A stretch of DNA of 64,000 bases from Leucoraja ocellata. Lineage: Eukaryota. The DNA is taken from the NCBI GenBank assembly GCA_036785375.1, contig JAWMAR010000245.1, positions 1,488,001 through 1,552,000 of the forward strand. Direction: 5' to 3'. Both the position numbers and the translations under genes were made by a program. Each line of letters opens with the position of its first letter. The first letter of the stretch is position 1. Below are positions 11,794-24,200 of the stretch, in pieces. The notes under the pieces were generated by a model. That model saw only the letters and a program-made list of their open reading frames with translations, was not told the DNA's origin and ran no database searches.

Positions 11794-14160
11794 ATTTTGG
11801 AGAGAATCTCTGAATTTCTCTACCAAGGTTTAGGTTTATTATTGTCACGTGTACCAGGATACAGTGTAAAGCTGTGTTTTGTATGTTATCCAAACAAATG
11901 TATAGTTTTAGTTTGTCACGTGTACAGTGAAACGATCTGTTAATTCTACATGAATACAATCGAGTCAAACCCAGGCACAATAGATGGGTGGAAAAGAGAT
12001 TTGAAAAGTAGAGTAGTTGTAGTCAAAAGGAACTGTGAGTTGCTGATTTACAAAAAAAAGACACAAAGTGCTGGAGTATTGCAGCAGGTCAGATAGCACC
12101 CACAAAAAAAGTGGTGAACACTGTGGTGTCCATCACAGGACTGATCTAGACATCAAAAAGCTGGAGTAACTCAGCGCGTTTGCGTTACTTCAGCTTTATG
12201 TGTTTATCTTCGGTGTAAACCAGCATCTGCAGTTCCTTCCTACACAGGTACTAACCTCCCCCCCCCCCCATCAAATGGATCTCCAAGAGACAGTCAGCAT
12301 CAAGGACCCACACCACCCTGCCCATGCTCCCACTTCACATTGTCAACACACAAAAACATAATTTACACGTACATTACATAGATTATGATCATTGCTGCCT
12401 TCGTATTCTTCTTCTTTGACTCTCAATGAGGTTATCAACCACATCGAAAACGCCAAGAAAACACATCAATGCTGCTACATGACAAATTTTGTAGAGGCAT
12501 CGATGTGCTTTCCTGACGTAATGTCGATGTGCATGATAACCTAAGGAAATGTCTCAGATGACTGTATTGATCACGCACAGACAGGTGAGATTAGTTTAAC
12601 ATGGCATCACATTTGGTATGGACATTGTGCATCGAGGAACCTGTTCCAGTGCTGTACCCTTCTGCGTACATGTACAACTCCTTTTATTCCATTTGCTTGG
12701 ACACTGATCAATGAAATACAGAAGCTTGAAAGTGCACACCACGAGACTCTGGAACAGTTTTCCCCGCTGTTATCAGACTTCTGAACAGTCCTATAAGCCA
12801 GGATACTGTCCGATTCACCTCTACCCCATTGCGGACATTGGAGTTTATGTCTGGAACTGATGCCCTACAACATTGAGAACTATATTCTGCACTCTGTATC
12901 TTTCCCTTTACTTTACCTGTTTTCCCTGAGTTTGTCTTGATTTTAATTCATGTATAGTATTAACTGATTTATTGTGTTTATTACACTGTATCACTCTATG
13001 ACTCTATGTTAGACAGGTACATGGATAGGACAGGTTTGGAGGGATATGGACCAAGTGCAGGCAAGTGGGAATAGTGTAGCTGGGACATGTTGGCCGGTGT
13101 GGGCGAGTTGGGCCGAAGGGCCTGTTTCCACACTGTATCACTCTATCACTCTTATCACATGTGCTGAGGTACAGTGAAATTATTTTTATTGCGTGCTATC
13201 CAGTCAGTGGAAGGACTAGCGTGATCCATCGATCCATCCATAGTGTGCAGATACAGGATAAGGGAATAACATGCAATGCAAGATAAAGTCCAGTAAAATT
13301 CGATTAAAAATAGTCCAAGGGTCTCTAAGCCTTTCCTATCCATGTACCAAATAATGCCTTTCAAATGCTGTTATAGTATCTGCCTCAACTACCTCCTCAG
13401 GTAGCTCGTTCCATATACCCACCCCTTGATGGCAATACGGTTGGAGAAATGTTATTCACATTATTCCCTTTATCATGTGGATGGCTGGATTGTAATCTTT
13501 TATTGTCTTTCCATTGACTAGTGCGCACGCAACAAAAGCTTTTCACTGTACCTCAGTACACATGACAATAAACTAAACTAAAAATACATGCAGTTTATTA
13601 AATTAACCCACTTTCTGTATTTGCCCGGGACCTAATAAACCCCATGTATTTTTCATCTCCAAACAAATTTGGTTCGACCAGCCCCGACACGGGGTTCGAT
13701 CGGTGGTGCAGGGGAGCTGACTTCCCCCCCCGATGCAGGAGCTGTTCGCCCCGATGCAGAGGGCCCAAACGCCACCAGCTACAGGAGTCAAGATCGTCCC
13801 GTCAACGGCGGGATCGAGTCCCCCGACCATGGGAGAGTAAAGAAGGGAAGAGATTTTTCCGCCTTCCATCACAGTGAGGAATGTGGAGGAGTCACTGTGG
13901 TGGATGTTTATGTTAAAACGTATTTTGTGTGTTCTGTTGCTTTTTATTGGTATGACTGACTTGGCAAATGTAATTCCTCCTATGCTGCAAAACATACTTG
14001 GCTAATAAAGTATTATTGTGATTGTGAATTGCCGTGAAGGGTTTATTTGTGGGGAAACGTAAAAATGCAGATGCTGCTTTTTATTTCAACCAAAGATAGA
14101 CACAAAATGCTGAAGTAAATCAGCAGGTCAGGCAGCATCTATGGATAAAATAGACAGGCA

Positions 14161-14554
14161 ATAGAAACATAGAAAATAGGTGCAGGAGTAGGCCATTCGG
14201 CCCTTCGAGCCTGCACCGCCATTCAATATGATCATGGCTGATCATCCAACTCAGTATCCTGTACCTGCCTTCTCTCCGTACCCCCTGATCCCTTTAGCCA
14301 CAAGGGCCACATCTAACTCCCTCTTAAATATAGCCAATGAACTGTGGCCTCAACTACCTTCTGTGGCAGAGAGTTCCACAGATTCACCACTCTGTGTAAA
14401 AAATGTTTTTCTCATCTCGGTCCTAAAATACTTCCCTCTTATCCTTAAACTGTGACCCCTAGTTCTGGACTTCCCCAACATCGGGAACAATCTTCCTGCA
14501 TCTAGCCTGTCCAACCCCTTAAGAATTTTGTAAGTTTCTATAAGATCCCCCCTC
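14161..14554 (-). mobile_element. CR1 LINE 3' end flanked by a 248-bp direct duplication
   Basis: [19 protein letters not shown] motif; (CTATGTTT)n tail. Confidence 0.9.
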
Positions 14555-14942
14555 AAAAACGTATTTTGTGTGTTCTGTTGCTTTTTATTGGTATGACTGA
14601 CTTGGCAAATGTAATTCCTCCTATGCTGCAAAACATACTTGGCTAATAAAGTATTATTGTGATTGTGAATTGCCGTGAAGGGTTTATTTGTGGGGAAACG
14701 TAAAAATGCAGGTGCTGCTTTTTATTTCAACCAAAGGTAGACCCAAAATGCTGAAGTAAATCAGCAGGTCAGGCAGCATCTGTGGATAAAATAGACAGGC
14801 AATGCTTGTTCTTCAGAGATGCTGCCTGGCTCTTTGAGTTAGTTACTGCAGCATTTTGTGTGTATTATTTGTGAGGGGTGAACTCCTCTAGTATCTTTGA
14901 GGAGAAGTTGCCAGAGCTGCCATGCTGCCATGTGCTGGGGGA

Positions 14943-14976
14943 GGGGGGGCGGATCTAGGCGCCTCTGGAAGCTTCT
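14943..14976 (+). promoter_or_regulatory. FKBP4 proximal promoter: GC box plus heat shock element
   Basis: GGGGGGCGGA followed by cTCtgGAAgcTTCt (alternating nGAAn units), about 140 nt upstream of the ATG in a CpG island; FKBP4 is an established HSF1 target. Confidence 0.55.
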
Positions 14977-15107
14977 CTCCCGCCTTCATCCCCTGCTCCT
15001 CCCTCTCTCTCCCCCTTCCTTCCGCCATCACACGCTCGGCGGCAGCGGCAACTACACACACACACTCACCTCACCTCCTGCAAGGCTGCCGGCTCCTCAC
15101 AGCCACC

Positions 15108-15215
15108 ATGACCGCGGGCGAAGAGAAGGCCGAGCCGCAGGTGGCGGCGAAGGAGACGGAGAAGGAGGAGGAGGGCGACGACATCAGCCCCAAGGGCGAC
15201 GGCGGGGTGCTGAAG
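15108..15215 (+). CDS. FKBP4: FKBP4 exon 1
   Basis: GCCACCATG; [11 protein letters not shown]...[12 protein letters not shown]; donor GTGAGG. Confidence 0.95.
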
Positions 15216-18200
15216 GTGAGGCCCTGTGGCGGCTCCGCTCTTTGTCCGACTCGGGCGGGCGGGCGTGGGGCCGATACTCCAGGCCCCAGGAGCGGTGCTG
15301 AGGCCTTCCTTTCTGGGCCCCAACCCCGCATTGTTCCCGGTCCCCTGCTATCCCCATTCCCTCCTCACTGCGGGCTGAGTGGCCCCCCAGCCATAGCAGT
15401 CCCGGTCCCTGCATTCCCCTCCCCACCTCACCCCCTGCCTCCGTCCCTCTCACCCCCTCCCCATCCCCTCTCACATCCTCTCTCACCCCCTGCCTCCTCC
15501 CCTGTCCCCTCCCCACAGCCAAGCCCATTCACTCCCTCCATACTCGGGACCCTTGCAACAGTACTGCAGCATGTCCATGGCGACCACGTTGCCCCATCTA
15601 CGCCTCTCCCGTCCCCCCCCACACAGAGGCTGCCTGGCCCTCTCAGTTTCTCTTGCATCTACACTAGTCCCACCTGCCCATTCCTGGCGCATATCCCTCT
15701 AAACCATCCCTATCCGTCCTTGTACTTGTTCAAATATCTTTTAAACGTTGCAATAGCACCTGCCTCAACTTCCTCCTCTGGCAGCTCATACCCACCACCC
15801 ACAGGGTGAAATTGTTGCCCTTCAGGTTCCTATTAAATCTTCCCCCTCACCTTGAACCTCTGCACCCCATTTCTTAATTTCCCCCTACCCTGGGTAATAG
15901 ACCATGCGCATTCACCGTACCCCCCATCGTGATTTTATACACATTGGTAAAATCTTCCCTTCTTCCTCCTGTGCTCCAAGGAATAAAGTCCTAGACCAAC
16001 CTCTCCCTCCAGCCCAGGCCCTCAGTTTATGGCAATATCCTTGTAAATCTCTGCGCCTTTCCTAGAGAGGATTTATTTATGAAAATAAACTAGTGTCACA
16101 AGTACAGTGAGATGCAAGTACAGTGAAAATCGTCCTTGCAGCAATATTACAGGCATGTAGATTTAGAGATGACACTCTAAAACATAAATTATACTGGACA
16201 TGGGGAAAATAAACACGAGTGCAAAGCACAATTGGAGAACAAGTCCATGATAGTGCACAAGGTGGTCTATAGTGTCCCGTTGCAGAGGTAGGATTAGAGT
16301 TGTGCAGGTCTGTTCAAGACCTGGTGGTTCTAGAAAATTCTGGCTAGTTCCAGACTGCCTCCTCACTTGTTCAGTGATTGTGGATGCACGCTGCTCAGTG
16401 ATGTTGCTAGTGACATCTGTGTCCCATGCACTTCTGGAAGTTTACTGGTGGTCGGAGGAGGAAGGGAAGGGAATAATACCAGTCCCAACCATCAAACTTA
16501 CCACGCCTTTGTAATGCAATGCATCTGTTCTTGTCTTTTAAAAAATCAATCGCTTTTTTTCTGCACAAGAAATAAAAACTGAAAACGCTCAGCAGGTCGG
16601 GCAGACTTTGTGGGGAGTTTGATGACTTTTTAATCGGTTTTCATATTCAATGCACCATTTGCCTTTTAATTTCCATTTAACACAAGTTTAGGCTTGTCTG
16701 CTAAGTTCAGACAGATTCCAAAGTCCAAATCACCTGTAATTTGGCATAATTTAGTAATCCACTAATGTTTCCTTGAGTGTGAAATGGAAATGGTACAGGA
16801 AAAGTTCTGATTTGGGCATAGAACAGTACAGCACAAGAACATGTCTTTCAACTGACAATGTCTGCTTAACATAATGCCAAGACCACCTTTACCTGCCTGC
16901 ATATAATTCATATCCTTCCATTCCCGTCATTTTGTTTAGTTTAGAGACTAGTTTAGTTTACAGCGGCCCACCGAGTCCGCGCCGACTAGTGACAATTTAC
17001 AATTTTACCAAGCCAATTAACCTACAAACCTGTAGGACTTAGTACTGTTGGAGGAAACGTAAGATCCCGGAAAAACGTAAGGTCACGGGGAGAACGTATA
17101 AGCTCCGTACAGACAGCACCCATAGTCAGGATGGAACCCAAGTCTCTGGCACTGTGAGGCAGCAACTCTACTGCTGTGCCACCCTCTGCCAACCCCCAAA
17201 ATAAATCTCTCCAAAGATTGATAGCTAAACTAGCTTGACAAACTCGGATCAAATCTGTATTTCCCAGCTTTTTTCAAAAATGTCATCTCTGAAGATTTTC
17301 ATCCTTTGACAGCTTCAATCAATGTAAAGTCTTCCATCGTAAGAATTATTTGAGATTAATTGGAACATGAAAAAATAAAATATTTTTATTTGGATATAAG
17401 TGATATCCTCAATAGCTTTTCAACATTCAAACTTTTGTGAATGGAACATTGACCCTAACGTGAAAGTATATTAAACCGATAATCTTTCATGTTTTCTCAC
17501 AGCTGGTGAAAAAGGAAGGCACTGGAGATGAGACCCCAATGACAGGAGACAAGGTGTCTGTCCACTACACTGGTGTACTCTTGGATGGGACTAAGTTTGA
17601 CTCGAGCAGAGACCGGGATGAATATTTCACGTTTGATCTTGGAAAGGGTAAGAATATTTGACACAAGCGTTCCTTGCATCTGAAACAACACAAGCCTGAA
17701 TTGACTCAGCTTCACTTGCGTAACTTGACAAAAACATCAAGAAACTATTTGCATAACTGTTCAAAATAAATATCAGAGGCAGGTGATGTTTTGTGAACAT
17801 CTTTTCAATTTTGTGTGCAAGGTGGGTAGGTTACGCAATTAATATTTAGATGTGCTGCATTATGTGAAGTACTTTAGATTTTAAAACAATCTTAATTTTG
17901 TTATATTTATTATTTTGAACTACAACTTGGGTAGTGAATCTATGGAATTCATTGCCAGAGATGGCTGTGCAGTCAATGGATATTTTTAAGGCGGAGATTG
18001 ACAGATTCTTGATTAGTAAGGGTGTCAAGGGTTGAGAGGAAAAGTGACTAGTGGGGTGCTGCAAAGCTCGGTGCTGGGACCTCAGTTATTTACAATATAT
18101 ATTCATGATTTAGACAAGGGAATTAAACGTAACATCTCCAAGTTTGCGAATGACGGAAAGCTGGGTGGCAGTGTGAGCTGCGAGGAGGATGTTATGAGGC

Positions 18201-21200
18201 TGCAGGGTGACTTGGATAGGTTGGGTGAGGGGGCAGATGCATGGCAGATGTAGTATAATGTGGATAAATGTTCCACATTGGTAGCAAGAACAGGCAGATT
18301 ATTAACTGAATGGTGTCAGGTTAGGGAATGAGGAGGTGAACTAGACCTGGGTGTGCATGTACATCAGTCACGGAAAGTAAGCATGCAGGTACAGCAGGCA
18401 GTGAAGAAAGTTAATGACATGCATGTTGGCCTTCATCACGAGAGGATTTGCGTTTAGGAGCAAGGAGGTCCTACTGCAGTTGTACTGGGCCCTGGTGAGA
18501 CAACACCTGGAGTATTGCGTGCAATTTTGGTCTCCTAATTTGAGGAAGGACATTATTGCTATTGAGGGAGTGCAGAGTAGGTTCGCCACGTTAATTCCTG
18601 GGATGGCGGGACTGACATATGATGAAAGAATGGGTCGACTCTGCTTGTATTCATTGGAATTTAGGATGAGAGGGGATCTTATAGAAACATGTAAAATTCT
18701 TAAAGGATTGGACAGGCTAGATGCAGGAAAATTGTTCCCGATGTTGGGGTATTTCAGAACCAGGAGGTGACAGTTTAAGAATAAGGGGTAGGCCATTTAG
18801 GACTGAGATGAGGAAAAACATTTTCATCCAAAGAGTTGTGAGTCTGTGGAGTTCTCTGCCACAGAAGGCAGTGATAGCCAATGTACTGGATGTTTTCAAG
18901 AGAGAGTTAGATTTGGCTCTTGGGGCTAAAGGAATCAAGAGATACGGGGGGAAAGCAGGAATGGGGTATTGATTTTAGATAATCAGCCACGATCATATTG
19001 AATGGCGGTGCTGGCTCGAATGGCCTACTCCTGCACCTATTTTTTTGCTATGAAAGATAGTAGACTCGATGGGCCGAATGGCCTAATTCTGTTCCAAGAA
19101 CTTATGCTTATTTGGTTCTTGATCTAAATGGTTACAGAACTAGCGGGAACATATTTTCTAGGACCATCTAGTTTAGCACAAACTAAACCAATATCTTGTA
19201 CTACAAGGTCAGTGCCCAATTTGCATTAAAATTACCTAACGTCACACTCTATATATGATTACTTAACTTCCCTTTGGCAACCTGAATCTAAATTAATTGC
19301 TTAGGTGGTGGAGAAACTCGCAATATTTATGAATTATCTAGGTAAGCATGTGAATTGCCAAATGTGGAAACCAATGGACCAAAATAGTAAATGAGATTAG
19401 TATAGATAGGTACATGGAACCGTACATCAAAGGAACAGGCCCTTCTCCCCACGATATCCATGCTGAACATGATGCAAGGTTAGACTGATCTCTGGCTGCC
19501 AGTGATCCAAAATGCTTGGTAATCGACATAATTGATTACTTGGTACATCAACATGGACATAGTGGGCTGATGGGCCTGTTTCTGTACTATATAACCATAT
19601 GGATTGGATATTATAATTGGTGTATGCATACATCCACACATGAAGTAGAATAATAACTTTCCTTGTTTGTGACCAGGCCAAGTTATTAAGGCATGGGATA
19701 TCGCAGTGGCCACCATGAAGATCGGAGAGATCTGCCAGATCGTCTGTAAACCGGAATATGCCTATGGCTCAGCAGGCAGCCCACCAAAAATCCAACCAGA
19801 CGCCACTCTTGTATTTGAGGTGCGCTTTCCATTTGTTTAAGAAGGAACTGCAAATGCTGGAAAATCGAAGGTACACAAAAATGCTGGAGAAACTCAGCGG
19901 GTGCAGCAGCATCTATGGAGCGGAAATAGGCAACGTTTCGGGCCGAAACCCTGAAGGAAATAGGCAACGTTTCGGGCCGAAACCCTTTCGGGTTTCGGCC
20001 CGAAACGTTGCCTATTTCCTTCGCTCCATAGATGCTGCTGCACCCGCTGAGTTTCTCCAGCATTTTTGTGTACCTGCGCTTTCCATTTGATCATCAGCCT
20101 CAAACGATGTCTTGATATTTGTACTATGACTGTTCGTTCTCTTTTTGAATTTTTAAGAATTTCGACTGTGCGGAAGGATAAAATATCATTGTTGCAATAT
20201 GATTAGCTGAGGAACTACACGCCAATCTCAGCATGATGTTCTTGTTTGCACAACAGTTACAGTTTCACTGCTGCATGAAGGAGCAGTTATGTAAATTTAA
20301 ATAGCCCCTCAGTCCCATTCAGCAATGCATTGAAAATGGAGAAAATCAATCAAGGGTGTCTGAAATAAATATTGCAGTCCAAGGGTTCCCAACCTGGAGT
20401 AAATTTACCCAGGGGGTAAATTTGTTGATTCTGGATTTGTACATATTTTTCCTCATTTGACTGACTGTGTTTGGTTCTGTTCATCATTAGTTGTTCATAA
20501 ATAAATAAAATAACATTGTTATGTGCTATTAAAGTTGCCTGGGGTAAACGGGACGAAAAAGATTGGGACCCCCTGTTATAGTCTGTTATATTAAACATGA
20601 CTAGCCAGATATAGAGTCTTCAGCCAAATTTGCCCACATCGACCAACATGTCCCATCTACACTGATCCCACCTACCCACGTTTGGTCCATATCCCTCTAA
20701 ACTAGTCCTATCCATGCACATGTTTAATTGCTTCTTAAACATTGTCCCTGCCTCTGCTGGCAGCTCGTTCCCTACACCAACCACCCTTTATGTGAAAATG
20801 TTACCCCTCAAATTTCTATAAAATCTTTCCCCCGACACCTTAAACCTATGCCCTCTGGTTCTCGATGGTGTCCACCCGATCTTTTCCTCGTGATTTTATA
20901 CACCTCTATAAAATCACCCTTCATCCTCCAGAGCTCCAGGGAATAGAGTCCCAGCCTACTCAACCTCTTACTATAGCTTAGACCATCAGGCCCCGGCAAT
21001 ATCCATGTATATCTTCTCTGCACCCTTTTCAACTTTACAACAAATTTCCTATAACATGGTGCCCAGAACTGAATACAATCCTCCAAATATCTAAATACAC
21101 AATATCTGGCATATGAATAATTCCCATTATTATTCTTGCTTTTAAGATTGAGCTGTTTGAGATCAAAGTAGAGGATCTGTCTCAGGATGAAGATGGTGGA

Positions 21201-24200
21201 ATCACTCGCCGAATCCGAAAGAAGGGAGAAAGCTATTCCAAGCCCAATGAAGGAGCCTCAGTTGAAGGTAAGGCTCTTGATTTTATCCTCGTGACATTTT
21301 GCACCAGGCTTCTCTCAGTAAGTCACCTGAGTCACCTATGAAAGGTTATCAATCGGAAAACGACGGTTCTCTCCAGGAAATATAAGAATCCACACAAGAA
21401 TATGTTGCCTTTCCTGAGAATCACATTTTGGACTAATCCTTTTTCCGAAGGACTTTACAGAGCAATGAGTTTACTTGGCAAAAAATCAATTTGATGTGCT
21501 TATTGGTGGTGTGCTTATACAGAAACAAATAAACCAAATTACAGTATTCTACTCTTGTGTTTGACCTGGGATAGAGTTAATGTACACTATTGCCCACTTT
21601 TTCCCTTAGAGAGAGTGCATGAGTCAGAGAGTCATACAGCACGGAAACAGGCCCCTTGAGCCAACCATTCCATGCTGACCCACATGTCCCATCTAAGTTA
21701 GTCCCATTTTCCCGTTTTTGGCCCACGTCCCTCTAAATCTTTACCATTCCAGTGTATTATAGTTACTTCCTCTAGCAACTCGTTCCATATACAAACCACC
21801 CTCTGAGTAGAAAAAGTTGCCCCATAGATATCTATTAGTCTCCTCAAATCTATGTCCTCTGGATTTCCCTATCCTGGGGAAAAAAGACTGTGCATTCACC
21901 CTATCTTTTCTCCTCATTATTTTATTGATGCATTTATTACACTATAACTTAGATGTACTATAACAACATTTAAAAGACATTTGGACAAGTACATGGATAG
22001 GAAAAGTTTAGAGGGATATGGGTCAAATGTGGGCAGGTAGGACTAGTATAGACGGGGACATGTGTATTAAGGAACTGCAGCTGCTGGTTTAAACCAAAGA
22101 TAGAAACAAAATGGTGGAGTAACTCAGCGGGACAGGCAGGCAGCATCTCTAGTGAGAAGGAATGTGTGACATTTCAGGTCAAGACCCATCTTCAGACTTC
22201 AGTATAGCTGGGGCATCTTGGTCGGCATGAGCAAGTTGGGCCGGAAGGCCTGTTTCCATTCTGTATGACTGATTCCATGCATTTCCGTATAACCTCAAGC
22301 CACAGTTAAGAATGTGCATTTGCTTTGAGCTCAAAAACTTTCTTAAATAGTTCTGTTTCTGCATATCCTTTCTTTCAGTCCATCTGGAAGGCAAATGTCA
22401 GGGTACGATCTTTGACAACCGCGATGTCTCATTCATCATTGGAGACGGTGAAGAACACCACATTCCTCCAGGCATTGAGAAGGCGCTGCAGGAGATGGAA
22501 AAAGGAGAAGAAGCTATTATATCTTTAAAACCAAAGTAAGTTTAAACGTCATGGTCCCAGAATTTTTATTTACAGTCCTTCCCAAATTATTTTATCAAGA
22601 AACAAAGATGAAGGAAATGTGGAGGAACAGCAGGGACTTCGTTTACAAAAAAAACACACAGTACTGGAGTAACTCAGTAGGTCAGGCAACATCCCCGGAG
22701 GACATGGGTAGGCAGCGTTTTTGATCCGTGGCCTTTCTTCAGACTGATTGGTTGGAGAGGAAAGCTGGAAAAGAGAGGTGGGGGGCAGGTCAAAATGTGT
22801 AGGGAGGAACTGCAGATGCTGGTTTAAATCGAAGATAGACACAAAATGCTGGAGTAACTCAGCGGGACAGGCAGCATCTCTGGAGAGAAGGAATGTGAAA
22901 GGACAAAACCTGACATGGATACAGGTGAGGGAGGGGGGGGGGGCTTGATTGGCAGATGGGTGGACGAAGGCCAGAGATGAAAATAAAACAAAAGGCTGCG
23001 AAACAGGGAGGGAAGAGAAATGTGAAGCCAGAGGAAGGGATATAGTGTCTCGACCCGAAACGTTGCCTATTTCCTTCGCTCCATAGATGCTGCCTCTCCC
23101 GCTGAATTTCTCCAGCATTTTTGTCTATCTTGTTGCTTTATCAAGGTTGCCAAAGATAGAATGATCAGGTGTGAGTGTTAAGTGCCTGATCCACAACTGT
23201 TGACAATTTCTAAATGAAGCCACCTTGACCAGAAATACACAGCAAATACAAATAAAAAGTTATTCTGATTGGATCTTGAAGAGACTATCCCTGAAATACC
23301 TTTCCATTTTTGTCAAAAAAGAGTAGTGACCACAGAATACAAATCATTACAGTGGACAAAGATAGAAAATTATGTGCATTGATGGAGCCTGATTTGAAGA
23401 GATTACTCCGTTGAGGCTAGAATTATTAACATGCAGATAGAAAGGTGTAGAGTCCACTGAGTTGCAAGTTATAATTTATTGAGCGGCACAGTGGCGTAGA
23501 TGATGGTGCTGCTGCCTCACAGCTTCAGAGATCTGGGGTCGATCCTGGCCTTGTTTGCCATCTATGCAGATTTTTCATGATCTTTCATGTGGATTTCCTC
23601 CGGGTGCTCCGGTCTCCTCCCACATCCCAAACGAGTGCAAGTTTGTAGGTTAATTGGTCTCTGTAAATTGCCCCTAGTGCCTTCCTTACAATGCTATGTA
23701 CGACAACGATCTCAACTTCTACTGAAGTGTGGATGGCCGTTGGCTCGCTAGAAGGTCGTCCGCCCTTTGGCAGGTCTTGTTTTTGGTCCTGCTGGGGGTC
23801 CACAGTCTCCTCGCCTGGCAAACCAGGTGGGGGAGACGGTTTAGTCGCCGACTATCCGACCATGGAGCAGGTAGCACGGGATTACATGGTACCCGTGACG
23901 GGGGGGGATCTCCCCTGACCTGACCTGATAACTAGTGAAGCAACAGGTAAAGTCTGACTTAGCCCCAAAATCGGCGTGGTGGTGGGAACTCTCCCCCCCG
24001 ACCTGATCTGAAGTGGGATAACATTGAACTAGTATGAACTGGTGATCAATGGTCGGCGTTGACTCAGTGGGCCTGTATCCATGCTGTATCTCTAAACCTA
24101 TCATTGGTGGCTTATATGAAAATTAAAGAATCGCTGCAATTGAAACATCTTTACATCATTTCATGATTACCGTGAAGGTACCTTTCACCTAGTGTTGTTT

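Noticed and set aside
14922-15809. 295-aa ORF over the FKBP4 5' end
   Set aside because: Only 15108-15215 is coding; the rest is GC-rich UTR and intron 1 read-through.
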